Shown here piece by piece: positions 26,885-35,180 of a stretch of 64,000 nucleotides of DNA. The notes beneath the pieces were generated by a model that saw only the letters and a list, made by a program, of their open reading frames with translations, made no database searches and was not told the origin of the DNA. Both the position numbers and the translations under genes were made by a program. Each line of letters begins with the position of its first letter. Position 1 is the stretch's first letter. This stretch comes from Thermoplasmata archaeon (lineage in GTDB: Archaea; Thermoplasmatota; Thermoplasmata; Lutacidiplasmatales; UBA184): contig JAKAAX010000007.1 in the NCBI GenBank assembly GCA_021802125.1, forward strand, positions 8,983 to 72,982, read 5' to 3'.

Positions 26885-27825
26885 GCCTTCACCTCGTAGA
26901 GAGGGTCCTTTCCCGAAGCGAAGCGGAGCACGTTGCGGAGCGCCTCGGTGAGGAGACGGTCCTGCGCCTCCAGCGTAACCCCGGCGCTGTGGGGCGTGAA
27001 GACCGTGGCGGGGAACTTGAACAGCTCGTCCGAGAAGTCCGGCGGTTCCTGGGGGTAGACGTCGAGCGCGGCGCGGATCCTTCCCTTCGCGAGCTCGGCC
27101 TTGAGGGCGGGCAGGTCGACCAGCTCCGACCGGGACGTGTTCACGAGGATCGCATCGTCCTTCATCGAGGCGATCTCCTTGGCGCCCAGGATCCCCTTCG
27201 TCTCGGAGGACAGCGGGAGATGGAGGGAGACGATGTCCGAGGCGGCGAAGAGCTCGGGGAGCTCGACGTAGGTGAGTCCGAGGGTGCGCTCCTCTTCCTC
27301 CTTCAGGCGGAACTTGTCGTAGTAGATGGTGGAGACCTCGAACGGGATGAGGCGTTTGGCGACCTCCCGCCCGATCCGTCCCGACCCGACGATGCCGAAG
27401 ACCTTGCCCGCGAGGTCGTGGCCCGCCGTGAGGGGTGGCCAGAAACCCTCCCGCATCCCCTTGTCGATGGTGGTCACGTCCCGTAGGAGCGCGAGGACGA
27501 CCATGATCACGTGCTCCGCGACGCTCTTCGCGTTCGCGCCCTGCACGTTGGAGACCCGGATCCCGCGCTTCTGGCATTCCTCCAGAGGCACGTTGTTGTA
27601 ACCGGTCCCGGCCACCTGCAGGAACCGGAGCTTTGGGAAGCTGTCGAGGTCCTTGACCTCGACCGGCGTGAACGGCGTGAGCGCGATGATCTCCACCTCC
27701 GAGGGGGACCCTGCGGAGGTGTCCAGAAGGTCGCTCACGACCTGCACCCCCGGAACGACCGCGAGAAGGCGGCTCTTGACCATGTCGACGTCGACGAACG
27801 AGGGTACGACCGCGCGGACCTTCAT
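26881..27825 (-). CDS. D-isomer-specific 2-hydroxyacid dehydrogenase, NAD-binding.
   Basis: Track ORF, 314 aa. It has the GIVGSGRIGREVA Rossmann motif and the conserved R..E..H-type C-terminal half (TPHSAG). Confidence 0.85.
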   Translation of the reverse strand: MKVRAVVPSFVDVDMVKSRLLAVVPGVQVVSDLLDTSAGSPSEVEIIALTPFTPVEVKDLDSFPKLRFLQVAGTGYNNVPLEECQKRGIRVSNVQGANAKSVAEHVIMVVLALLRDVTTIDKGMREGFWPPLTAGHDLAGKVFGIVGSGRIGREVAKRLIPFEVSTIYYDKFRLKEEEERTLGLTYVELPELFAASDIVSLHLPLSSETKGILGAKEIASMKDDAILVNTSRSELVDLPALKAELAKGRIRAALDVYPQEPPDFSDELFKFPATVFTPHSAGVTLEAQDRLLTEALRNVLRFASGKDPLYEVKA

Positions 27826-28249
27826 CGGTTCCGGCCGACAGGATCAGATTAGATGAACCTGTGCCCGGGAGGGAAGCCTCCGCGGACCCGAGACGCGTCC
27901 CGTCTCCCCCCTGACCCCTCACGGACGACGGGCGCTGCCCACCGATCCCACATCCCGCAGGGATGGCGATGGAGCCTTTCGGCACGAGAGCGTTGCCCCC
28001 TCCACCCAGGGCCGCTCCCTGACGACAGCGGAGACCGCCCATTCCGTGACCGCGAGCGAGACGCCGCCTGAGCGCCGCCATCCCCGCCCGGTCCTTCGAG
28101 GGCGCGGTGCGTGCCCTCTTCTATCTGATGCGCTCTCAGTAACCTTCTCGCCCCTGGGGTGCACCGACGATGCTCAGCCTTGCCGGTCGGCGCGTCCGGA
28201 CCTCCGGGCCAAGCATGATCGCGCACGGACCTTCGGAAGGAACTCGCAG

Positions 28250-29521
28250 ATGACGAACGGGTCCTCTCCAGAGAGCCTAGCGGGAGGGATGCCTCCGGGC
28301 CCCGAGTTCCGGGAGAGGACCCGGGGCCCCTTTCGCCGCATGGCCTACGTCCTGGCGGTGACCTCCTTCGGGGCGGGGCTTCCCACGCCCCTCTACGCGA
28401 CCTACCAGCAGCAGTTCGGCTTCTCCTCCACCGTCCTGGCCGAGGTCTTCGCCACCTACACGCTGGGCGTCCTTCTCACGATGTTCCTGCTGGCCCCCCA
28501 GATCGACCTCGTCGGGACGCGCCCGGTGCTGTACGTCGGCATGGTGCTGACGGCGCTCTCCGGTGTGGTCTTCATCTTCTCGACGAACGCCCCGATGCTG
28601 GCGGCGGCGCGCTTGGTCTCGGGCCTCGCGGTGGGGGCCACCACGAGCACCGCGACGGTGGCGATGACCCACCGCGAGCCGAGGGCGGACCAGCACCACG
28701 TGGCGCGCGTGGCGGTCGGCGCGAACTTCGGGGGGGTGGCCTGTGGGATCTTCCTGGGAGGCGTGTCGGTGGCCCTCCTCCCGGACCCGAGACACGAGGT
28801 CTTCCTGTTCCTCATCGCCGCCTCCCTGCTGGGGATCCTCGCCATCCGGATCTCCCCGCCCCATCCGCATCCGGAGAGGGGCCGTGGGGCACGGATCGAA
28901 CGGGTCTCCGTCCCGCGCGGGATACGGGGGCCCTTCTGGGTGGCGGTCGGGGGGCTCATGGCCTGCTACGCGATCTACGGGTTCTTCGCGTCCCTCGCCC
29001 CGACCGCGGTGGAGCACGCGATGCGCGTCTCCGGCTCGCTCGCGGCCGTCTTCGTGGCGGTGATGTTCGCCTCTGCGGCACTCGTCCAGATGTTCTTGGG
29101 GAAGCTTCGCGACCGGAACGCGCTGCTCCTCGGGCTGCCCTTGCTTGCGGCCTCCCTCGTCCTCTTCGTCCTCGCGCTCCCGTTCGCCTCGATCCCGCTC
29201 ATGCTCCTGGCGGGCACGCTCATGGGGATCGGGGTGGGCTGCGTCTACATGGGCAGCGTGACCCTGGTCGACCGGGTCACCCCGGAGAGCATGGGAGGAG
29301 AGGTCCTTTCCGGCTTCTACGTGGCCGGGTACCTGGCCCTCGCCGTGCCCACGCTCGGACTGGGCCTCGTCGCGGACAGTCTCGGGGTGGTCGCCTCCGG
29401 CTCGATCTTTGGGCTCGCCCTCGGGGCGTTCGTCATTCTGACCTACTTCGCGACACGCCGTACCCCCCTTCCGCCGGGGGGGGAGGGACGGCCGCTACCG
29501 ACCAGCTGGGGAGCGACCTAG
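28250..29521 (+). CDS. MFS transporter.
   Basis: Internal ATG (MTNGSSPESL) of track ORF 28046..29521. About 12 hydrophobic segments follow. The upstream part of the ORF is low-complexity. Confidence 0.75.
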   Translation: MTNGSSPESLAGGMPPGPEFRERTRGPFRRMAYVLAVTSFGAGLPTPLYATYQQQFGFSSTVLAEVFATYTLGVLLTMFLLAPQIDLVGTRPVLYVGMVLTALSGVVFIFSTNAPMLAAARLVSGLAVGATTSTATVAMTHREPRADQHHVARVAVGANFGGVACGIFLGGVSVALLPDPRHEVFLFLIAASLLGILAIRISPPHPHPERGRGARIERVSVPRGIRGPFWVAVGGLMACYAIYGFFASLAPTAVEHAMRVSGSLAAVFVAVMFASAALVQMFLGKLRDRNALLLGLPLLAASLVLFVLALPFASIPLMLLAGTLMGIGVGCVYMGSVTLVDRVTPESMGGEVLSGFYVAGYLALAVPTLGLGLVADSLGVVASGSIFGLALGAFVILTYFATRRTPLPPGGEGRPLPTSWGAT

Positions 29522-29569
29522 CGCGCCCACCCGCCGACCATCTTGCACCTGGCGGCCGCGTCCGCGCTC

Positions 29570-29992
29570 TCACCGCAGGAACGGGCCCAAGACCAGCAGT
29601 CCGAAGAGGAGCAGCGCCAGCACCGTGCCGCTGACCAGCGCCATCTCCCGCTCCTCGTTGTGAAGGAAGTACCAGCATCCCGTGAGGACCCGCCCCAGAG
29701 GAGTGACCACGAGGACCAGAACCCCGAGGGTCAGGTAGGCCTGCGGGTGGCCCGAGACGATGCCCCGGCCCAGGGCGGCCGGGGACAGGTATCCGGAGAT
29801 CGGGTTCGTTCCGAGCAGCACGCTGAGCTGAGCGGTCGGATGCTGGGCGAAGAACATCACCAGGGCTCCGAGGAGGAAGGCGGAAGCGATGAGGAGACCG
29901 GCCCGGAGCACCCAGGACATCAGGACGTACGCCTCGGCAGGAAGCTCACGGTAATGCGAGAGGGGCACGGCAGGGGGCGTTTCCGAGCTCAT
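29570..29992 (-). CDS. DUF1634-type small membrane protein (usual partner of TauE/SafE exporters).
   Basis: Track ORF, 140 aa with 4 TM segments. Its ATG overlaps the upstream TauE stop (ATGA at 29989-29992). Confidence 0.7.
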   Translation of the reverse strand: MSSETPPAVPLSHYRELPAEAYVLMSWVLRAGLLIASAFLLGALVMFFAQHPTAQLSVLLGTNPISGYLSPAALGRGIVSGHPQAYLTLGVLVLVVTPLGRVLTGCWYFLHNEEREMALVSGTVLALLLFGLLVLGPFLR

Positions 29993-30858
29993 GCCAGTCC
30001 CAACCCCCGAAGGATGATCTCCACCGCCAGGACGATGAGGATCGTGAGGAAGACCCCCTGGACCACACGGCTGCTGAGCCCAGGGAAGAGCCAGCTACCG
30101 ACGAACGAGCCCGCGGCGGTCCCGAGTGCGACGGGGGCCGCAATGACCGGATCGATGTAGCCGGCCGATAGCAGAACCCCGGAGGTCGCTGCGACCGTGA
30201 CGCCGATCATGAAGTTGCTGGTCGCGGTGGCCACTTTGATGGGCAGCCCCAGGTAGCGCTCCAGCGCCTGGACCTTCAGCACCCCGCTGCCGATCCCGAA
30301 CAGCCCGGAGACCAGCCCTGCCGCGAACATCACGCCGAGGGCCGGGGTGGTCCTGCCCGCGTTGTAGGGCACCTCCCGATGAAGGTGGAGGTCGAAGTAG
30401 CTGCCCGAGAGACCGAGCCGCTTCGACCGGTCGTCGGGCACCGCGGGTCCGGTCGTGCCCTCCCGCACCTTTCGAAGATTACCCGGGACCGAAGCCAGGA
30501 GCACGAGGCCCAGGCCCACCAGCAGGAGCGAGACCAGGTTCGAGCGAGCGAGGAAGATCGTCGCCGTGGCGCCGATCAGCGCCCCGGGGACCGTCGCGAT
30601 CTCCAGGAACATGCCGATGCGAAGGTCCGTCAGGCGGTCCTTCACGTAGGCGGACCCAGTGGCCGCCGAGGTCGCAAGGACGCTGATGGCGCTCGCGCCC
30701 ACCGCATCGACGAAGGGGACCTGGAAGAACACGACCAGGACCGGGACGATCACGACCCCGCCACCTAGGCCGGCGAGCGAGCCCAGGAATCCCGCGGCTA
30801 TGGCCACGAGAACGAGCATCAGGATGGTCAGTACGAGCGACAACGAGAGCGGAGTCAC
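29989..30858 (-). CDS. TauE/SafE-family anion (sulfite/sulfonate) exporter.
   Basis: Track ORF, 289 aa. It has the duplicated 4-TM halves with GFLGSLAGLGGGVVIVP and GLVSGLFGIGSGVL motifs. Confidence 0.85.
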   Translation of the reverse strand: MTPLSLSLVLTILMLVLVAIAAGFLGSLAGLGGGVVIVPVLVVFFQVPFVDAVGASAISVLATSAATGSAYVKDRLTDLRIGMFLEIATVPGALIGATATIFLARSNLVSLLLVGLGLVLLASVPGNLRKVREGTTGPAVPDDRSKRLGLSGSYFDLHLHREVPYNAGRTTPALGVMFAAGLVSGLFGIGSGVLKVQALERYLGLPIKVATATSNFMIGVTVAATSGVLLSAGYIDPVIAAPVALGTAAGSFVGSWLFPGLSSRVVQGVFLTILIVLAVEIILRGLGLA

Positions 30859-31064
30859 CGAGGCGGATAAGGCAAACCGAGCGCGCGGGCAGAGCGTGCG
30901 AGCGAGGTGGGGAGGAACCGCAGTCGAGCGCGCCGCTCCCGACTCGCGGAGGGCGGGAGCCCGAGCGAAGGGCAGCGAAGGGGGGAGGTGGCGGCTGCGG
31001 CGGGACCCCAGGCGCCTCGCGCGGACGAGCCAGATTCATCAAGGAAGTTCACCGTGGGTTTTGC

Positions 31065-32393
31065 GTGCCCTTCTGGAGGAGGAACCAGGACCCACGCCCA
31101 CGACGGGCGTCAACGCAGGGGCAGAATGCCCCGGTTCGCGGGCAACTTGCGACGGGACCGACGAGCCTTGTGGGGCTTGGGGCAGCCTTGCTCGGACGAG
31201 ACCTGGGTCGAGCCTTGGGGGTCACCACCGCCGACTACCTGGAGGTGAGGGGTCGCCGAAGTACCGTTGTGTCCGTCTTGCACCAGCCGGGGGCACCTCC
31301 CCCAAGCGAGGGCTCCCTCGAAGTCGAGCCGGTGGTCATGAGGAACGCCGGGGCAACGGTCGGGGAGGTGGTCGAGCTTCGGAGGGTCGAGCCCCCCTTG
31401 GCCGAGCAGCTCACGATTGCGCCCGTGTATGACGGCCATCCGAAGATGGACCTTGGTGCCGGGCTCGAAGCCTTCGTAGCGAAGGCCCTGGCCCGCAGAT
31501 CGTTCGTCCAGGGAGACGCCTTCGTCGTACGCGGGGTCTTCCTCATGGGGGGCTCCCTGCTCTTCCTCTGTACGGACTCCACTCCGGCGGGTGCGGTGAG
31601 GGTGGGGCCGAGCACTCTGGTCACGATCTCGCAGGAAACCTTCCCTGAGTCTCTCCTCGAAGTGGAAGGCGTTCCGACCCACCAAGGGCAGCCCGATCTC
31701 CCCGAACTGAACGGGGGTCCCAAGCTGGCGAAAGAACTGACGGGCGCGCTCCGAGCCTATCATCTCCGGGCCCAGAACTGCGGTCCCCCGGTACGGGATC
31801 CCGCCCTTTCCTGGTGGGAGGATAGCCAGAGGGTGATCCGCGACGTCCTGCGCTACCTTGACGCGGAGGCGAAGTGGCGGGAGGCGAACGAGCAGTGGGA
31901 GCAGGAGCACCCGAAGCCGCCTTACACCCCGGGGTCCGAGGACGCATGGCTCGCCCGGATGGCGGCTCGTGAAGAGTGGGAGCGCACGCATCCCGACCCT
32001 AGAGAATCGCCTGACCACATGCGACCCCGAGGCCTCGCCCTCAGAGAGATGCAGGCGTGGGCCCTTTCCAACCCTCCGCCCACACTCCGCGGGACAAAAT
32101 TCGACCAGGAAATAGCCGCAAGGTTGAGCCATGCCCTGTTGGCCTCCGCCCGTTTCACGCTAGAGGACCATGTCTGGCACGAGAACTACGCGACGTGGAA
32201 GAACGAACACCCCAACCCCCCTCTTCCACCGAAGGCGCCAGCTTCGGCCACTCGAGAATGGGAGGTGGCCCGGCACGCTTGGGAGAGCGCCCACCCCCAC
32301 CCAGGGGAGACACCGGAGGAACGGAGCGAACGGAAGCGGCTCTTTGCCGATTGTGAGGCGCTCTGGGCGCGCCTCTCTGATCTGTACCCCTAG
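31065..32393 (+). CDS. Stand-alone CDC48/VAT N-terminal domain protein (double-psi barrel plus beta-clam) fused to a C-terminal W-x6-7-W-E-x2-HP-x-P repeat domain. No AAA ATPase module.
   Basis: Track ORF, 442 aa, GTG start. LEVEPVVMRNAGATVGEVVELRRVEPPLAEQLTIAPV...LEAFVAKALARRSFVQGDAFVV...LLFLCTDSTPAGAVRVGPSTLVTI aligns by eye to VAT-N (IVRIDSVMRNNCGASIGDKVKVRKV...VTLAPI...IEEYVQRALIRRPM...LLFKVVKTLP). The C-terminal repeats are KWREANEQWEQEHPKP, AWLARMAAREEWERTHPDP, VWHENYATWKNEHPNP and EWEVARHAWESAHPHP. Confidence 0.75.
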   Translation: MPFWRRNQDPRPRRASTQGQNAPVRGQLATGPTSLVGLGAALLGRDLGRALGVTTADYLEVRGRRSTVVSVLHQPGAPPPSEGSLEVEPVVMRNAGATVGEVVELRRVEPPLAEQLTIAPVYDGHPKMDLGAGLEAFVAKALARRSFVQGDAFVVRGVFLMGGSLLFLCTDSTPAGAVRVGPSTLVTISQETFPESLLEVEGVPTHQGQPDLPELNGGPKLAKELTGALRAYHLRAQNCGPPVRDPALSWWEDSQRVIRDVLRYLDAEAKWREANEQWEQEHPKPPYTPGSEDAWLARMAAREEWERTHPDPRESPDHMRPRGLALREMQAWALSNPPPTLRGTKFDQEIAARLSHALLASARFTLEDHVWHENYATWKNEHPNPPLPPKAPASATREWEVARHAWESAHPHPGETPEERSERKRLFADCEALWARLSDLYP

Positions 32394-32691
32394 TTCGCGC
32401 TCGGGACTCGGCTTCCCTCAATGCCCTCAGTTAGGCGAGACCGACGACCGCCCGCTCACGGATTCGCGGGCGGGAGGACCCGTCCGAGAACGGGAGGCAG
32501 ATGGGCCGTTCGAGGTAGGACCGTCCGAGCCGGGGGCCCTCCCCGGCGAGGCAGGTCCGGTTCATCGGGGTGTGGGAGGCCAGCGAAGGAGCCTCGATGG
32601 ATCCCGACCGACCGAAGGAAAGAGGGAGGCGGGGTCGAGCGGCCAACGGTTGACGGGAGCGAATCTATCTACGATCCCCGACCCCCCCTGC

Positions 32692-32922
32692 GTGAATCTT
32701 CCTCCGCTGCCGGGGGCCTTCCCGCCACCCAAGCCGCCCAGCCCCCACCTCCGAGTCTGGAAGGCCGTGCTCGGGATGGGGATTCTCGTGGCAGTCATTG
32801 GTTCGCTCTGGTACTTTTCAGGTGTGGACCAGAACGTCGCCATCGTGGTCACTCTGACCGGGGCGGCACTCTCCTTCCTGCTCGTCCTTCTTGTCCCAGG
32901 TCTCGCTAACGCGAAACTCTAG
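32692..32922 (+). CDS. Possible small 2-TM membrane protein.
   Basis: In-frame GTG inside track ORF 32170..32922. The C-terminal WKAVLGMGILVAVIGSLWYFSG...VVTLTGAALSFLLVLLVPGL forms two clear hydrophobic helices. The start is uncertain. Confidence 0.3.
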   Translation: MNLPPLPGAFPPPKPPSPHLRVWKAVLGMGILVAVIGSLWYFSGVDQNVAIVVTLTGAALSFLLVLLVPGLANAKL

Positions 32923-33471
32923 GAGTTCCCGTAAAGAAGCGGAGGACGGGGCTTTCGCCCCGCCCCCCGCCGTGCCCATGTCTCAGGGACCGAGCACCGC
33001 CATCGAGGCGTTCCGCCCCAGAGAGAGCTGGAGTCTGCCCTTGTACTCCTTGACCCACGCGCCGCAGAGGCGGACGCGCGCCCGATGCGCTTGCGGCCTT
33101 GGAATGATGTCCGCACCAAGGGCATGGCGCGCCAGGTTGGTCGACGAAGCTCCCGCAGCGTGGACACTTCGCGTGGGTCTTGCCGCTTGCCCAAATGATA
33201 GGACCGAGACCCGCGAACCGCAGGGATAGCCCAGGAAGGCGACGGCTTGGAGACCAACTGGCGCAGAAGGCGCGTTCGGGCGGGCGTGGCAGTTGAACAC
33301 CGGGCCGATGGCCTATGCCCCAGGAAGCATTGCGACGCTCGAGAACATGGTCCCGAAACCCACCTTCGACCACAACGCACCCTGTTGGACCACCGGTCGC
33401 CGAGTAGGGCGGACATTTTCGCGCAGCATACGAAGAAATACCACGCGGATCGTCCCACGCGAGGAAGGAGC

Positions 33472-33777
33472 ATGGCCTCGCCAGAGGGACGGATCGAGCC
33501 TGTAGTGACGAAATGCCCCCGGTGCTCGGGGCCACTACAGTACGGATTCCTCGCTTCCCAGGGTCGATTGAACTGGGTGGAACATCTTGGAGGGATGATG
33601 GACGTGTCTCCGTTCAGAGGGACCACGCTCATCCCATTGCCTGTGCACGCGCCGCATTTTCGAGGGTGGATGTGCGCCCCCTGCGGCCTCCTGATCGTCG
33701 ATTACGGGAGCGGAATCCTCTACGCGAACAAGGAGACCATCGCGCGGTACGATCCGGACAATAGTTCCAGCCAGTAA
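33472..33777 (+). CDS. Small zinc-ribbon protein (CPRC ... CAPC).
   Basis: Internal ATG of track ORF 33247..33777, preceded by gaggaaggag. The sequence is MASPEGRIEPVVTKCPRCSGPLQYGFL...GWMCAPCGLLIVDY. Third-position G/C is visibly lower than in the core genes. Confidence 0.5.
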   Translation: MASPEGRIEPVVTKCPRCSGPLQYGFLASQGRLNWVEHLGGMMDVSPFRGTTLIPLPVHAPHFRGWMCAPCGLLIVDYGSGILYANKETIARYDPDNSSSQ

Positions 33778-35180
33778 CCGCGCGCGAGAACGGACCCCAA
33801 TCGGTCCGAGAAACCCGCCTCACCAGAAACAAGCCGATAGCTGCGGCACGGGTTTCTCGGGAGGACTCTTCGCGAGCTTGCGAGGGATGAGTCCGAGCCG
33901 AAGGATGCACCTCACGGTGAAACCGACCAAGAGACCGGGGCATGCATCCCTCGGGACGACTCGGCCTCCACGCCCCTGGCCCCCGCCTCACTCCCAGGCC
34001 GAATCGGAACCCCGGCAGAACGGCCTGCCTCGCGGGCCCGGACCTCGGAGAGGGGATCGCAGAATGACCGGAGGATCTCGGACACGGGCTTGACGTGGAT
34101 GACGCTGAAGTCCCGATTGGGACGCGATCAGGGGCCCTGGTCGAGACCCGCGAGCACATCTTGTTGCAGCTCTCGCAATAGGAGGCGTTCCGCACCCGTC
34201 GGGGCCTATGGTAGGGTGGCGGCAGGAGGGGCACGGGGGCTCAGGGCCCCCGGGACCTCACGGTCCTGTATCGCCGAGTCGACCATCCGGTTCTGAATCT
34301 TAGCAGCGGAGGTCCTCGCCATCCTCCGCCGAGGTGCAGGGTACGACAAAGAGCGGCCACGTGGGCCCCAGAGCGGCCCATGGTCCGCGCGAGCCCCTTG
34401 GGGGGGTCACCGAGACGGACGATGCTGCATCGGGTTCCGGCGCCGCCGAGCGGCGATCCGCCTCTGGCGTGCGAGGTGGGCCCGCTTCTTGTTGGCGGCA
34501 GACCGTCGCCGGATGACTCCCGATGCCATGTTGCTCCACCGACCTTGCGAGGGCCGCGCCAGGCGTCCTAGGGTATAACGCTCTCGAATGGGGGACCCCT
34601 CGAAGATGAGGCAAGCTCGACCCCTCCCGCAACCAGGGGAACCCACCGGTGTCCGACGAGACGGTGCCCCGGGAGGACCGATGCGCCAGCCTCTTCCCCC
34701 TCCGGGGAGGAGGCCGGCGCAACGCCGGGGAAGGGGGGGCCACGCCCGCGCCTCCCCCGAACCTCCACCGAGCCAGGTAGGATCGCGCGCTCGCGCGCTC
34801 TCACCTCCCCGCGAGGTAGTCGCGCGGGGAGCGCAGGACCTCAGCCGCATCCTCAACGTGAAGGGGGGGCGGAAACCGTTGTGGTCACCCCTGCACCCCC
34901 CGCACCGCGTCACAACGGGGGACGTGTCCCCCGCGTGGGGGGAGATGTCCGAGGACGCGTGACGGCTCGTCGCTTGGCCGACGTGGATTGGCACGCTCCG
35001 GCCCTTCTGCCTTCCACGAGCCCGCAGCAGGGCATGGTCGAAGGTCGCACGGGGCCGGCCCTGGCCGAGGGGACCGCGGACGGGACGAGGCCCTTCTCCC
35101 GGAGGGCGCTGCCGGCCGCCCACCGCACCGAGCCGCGATCCGGACCGGGGGTCGCTAGGTCCTGGGGCTCAGCCCCGGGC

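Noticed and set aside
26885-28081. Upper part of the 923-aa track ORF 25310..28081.
   Set aside because: It overlaps the convincing 2-hydroxyacid dehydrogenase gene in another frame and has an R/G/P-rich composition. The TPP enzyme starts at the GTG at 26884, which overlaps the dehydrogenase stop.
28090-28200. A possible TPP riboswitch on the minus strand upstream of the dehydrogenase/TPP-enzyme operon (contains CTGAGA and ATCAGATAG).
   Set aside because: Only the short CUGAGA string matches. The ACCUGAUCUGGAUAAUGCCAGCG core and the pairing partners are absent. TPP-dependent enzymes are also not typical riboswitch targets.
33100-33200. A minus-strand zinc ribbon (KCPRCGSFVDQPGAPCPWCGHH) inside track ORF 32906..33535.
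   Set aside because: The motif is attractive, but there is no ATG/GTG/TTG start nearby in frame and the flanking translation is R/G/P-rich. I left it as an unresolved possible pseudogene or micro-protein rather than a feature.
34801-35160. Locally protein-like stretches (minus ...HVEDAAEVLRSPRDYLAGR ending at 34801; plus VTARRLADVDWHAPALLPS... from 34960).
   Set aside because: The minus stretch is closed by an in-frame TGA after 27 codons. The plus stretch can only continue by running antisense through the surface-protein gene. Neither can be a complete gene, and at best they are pseudogene fragments.
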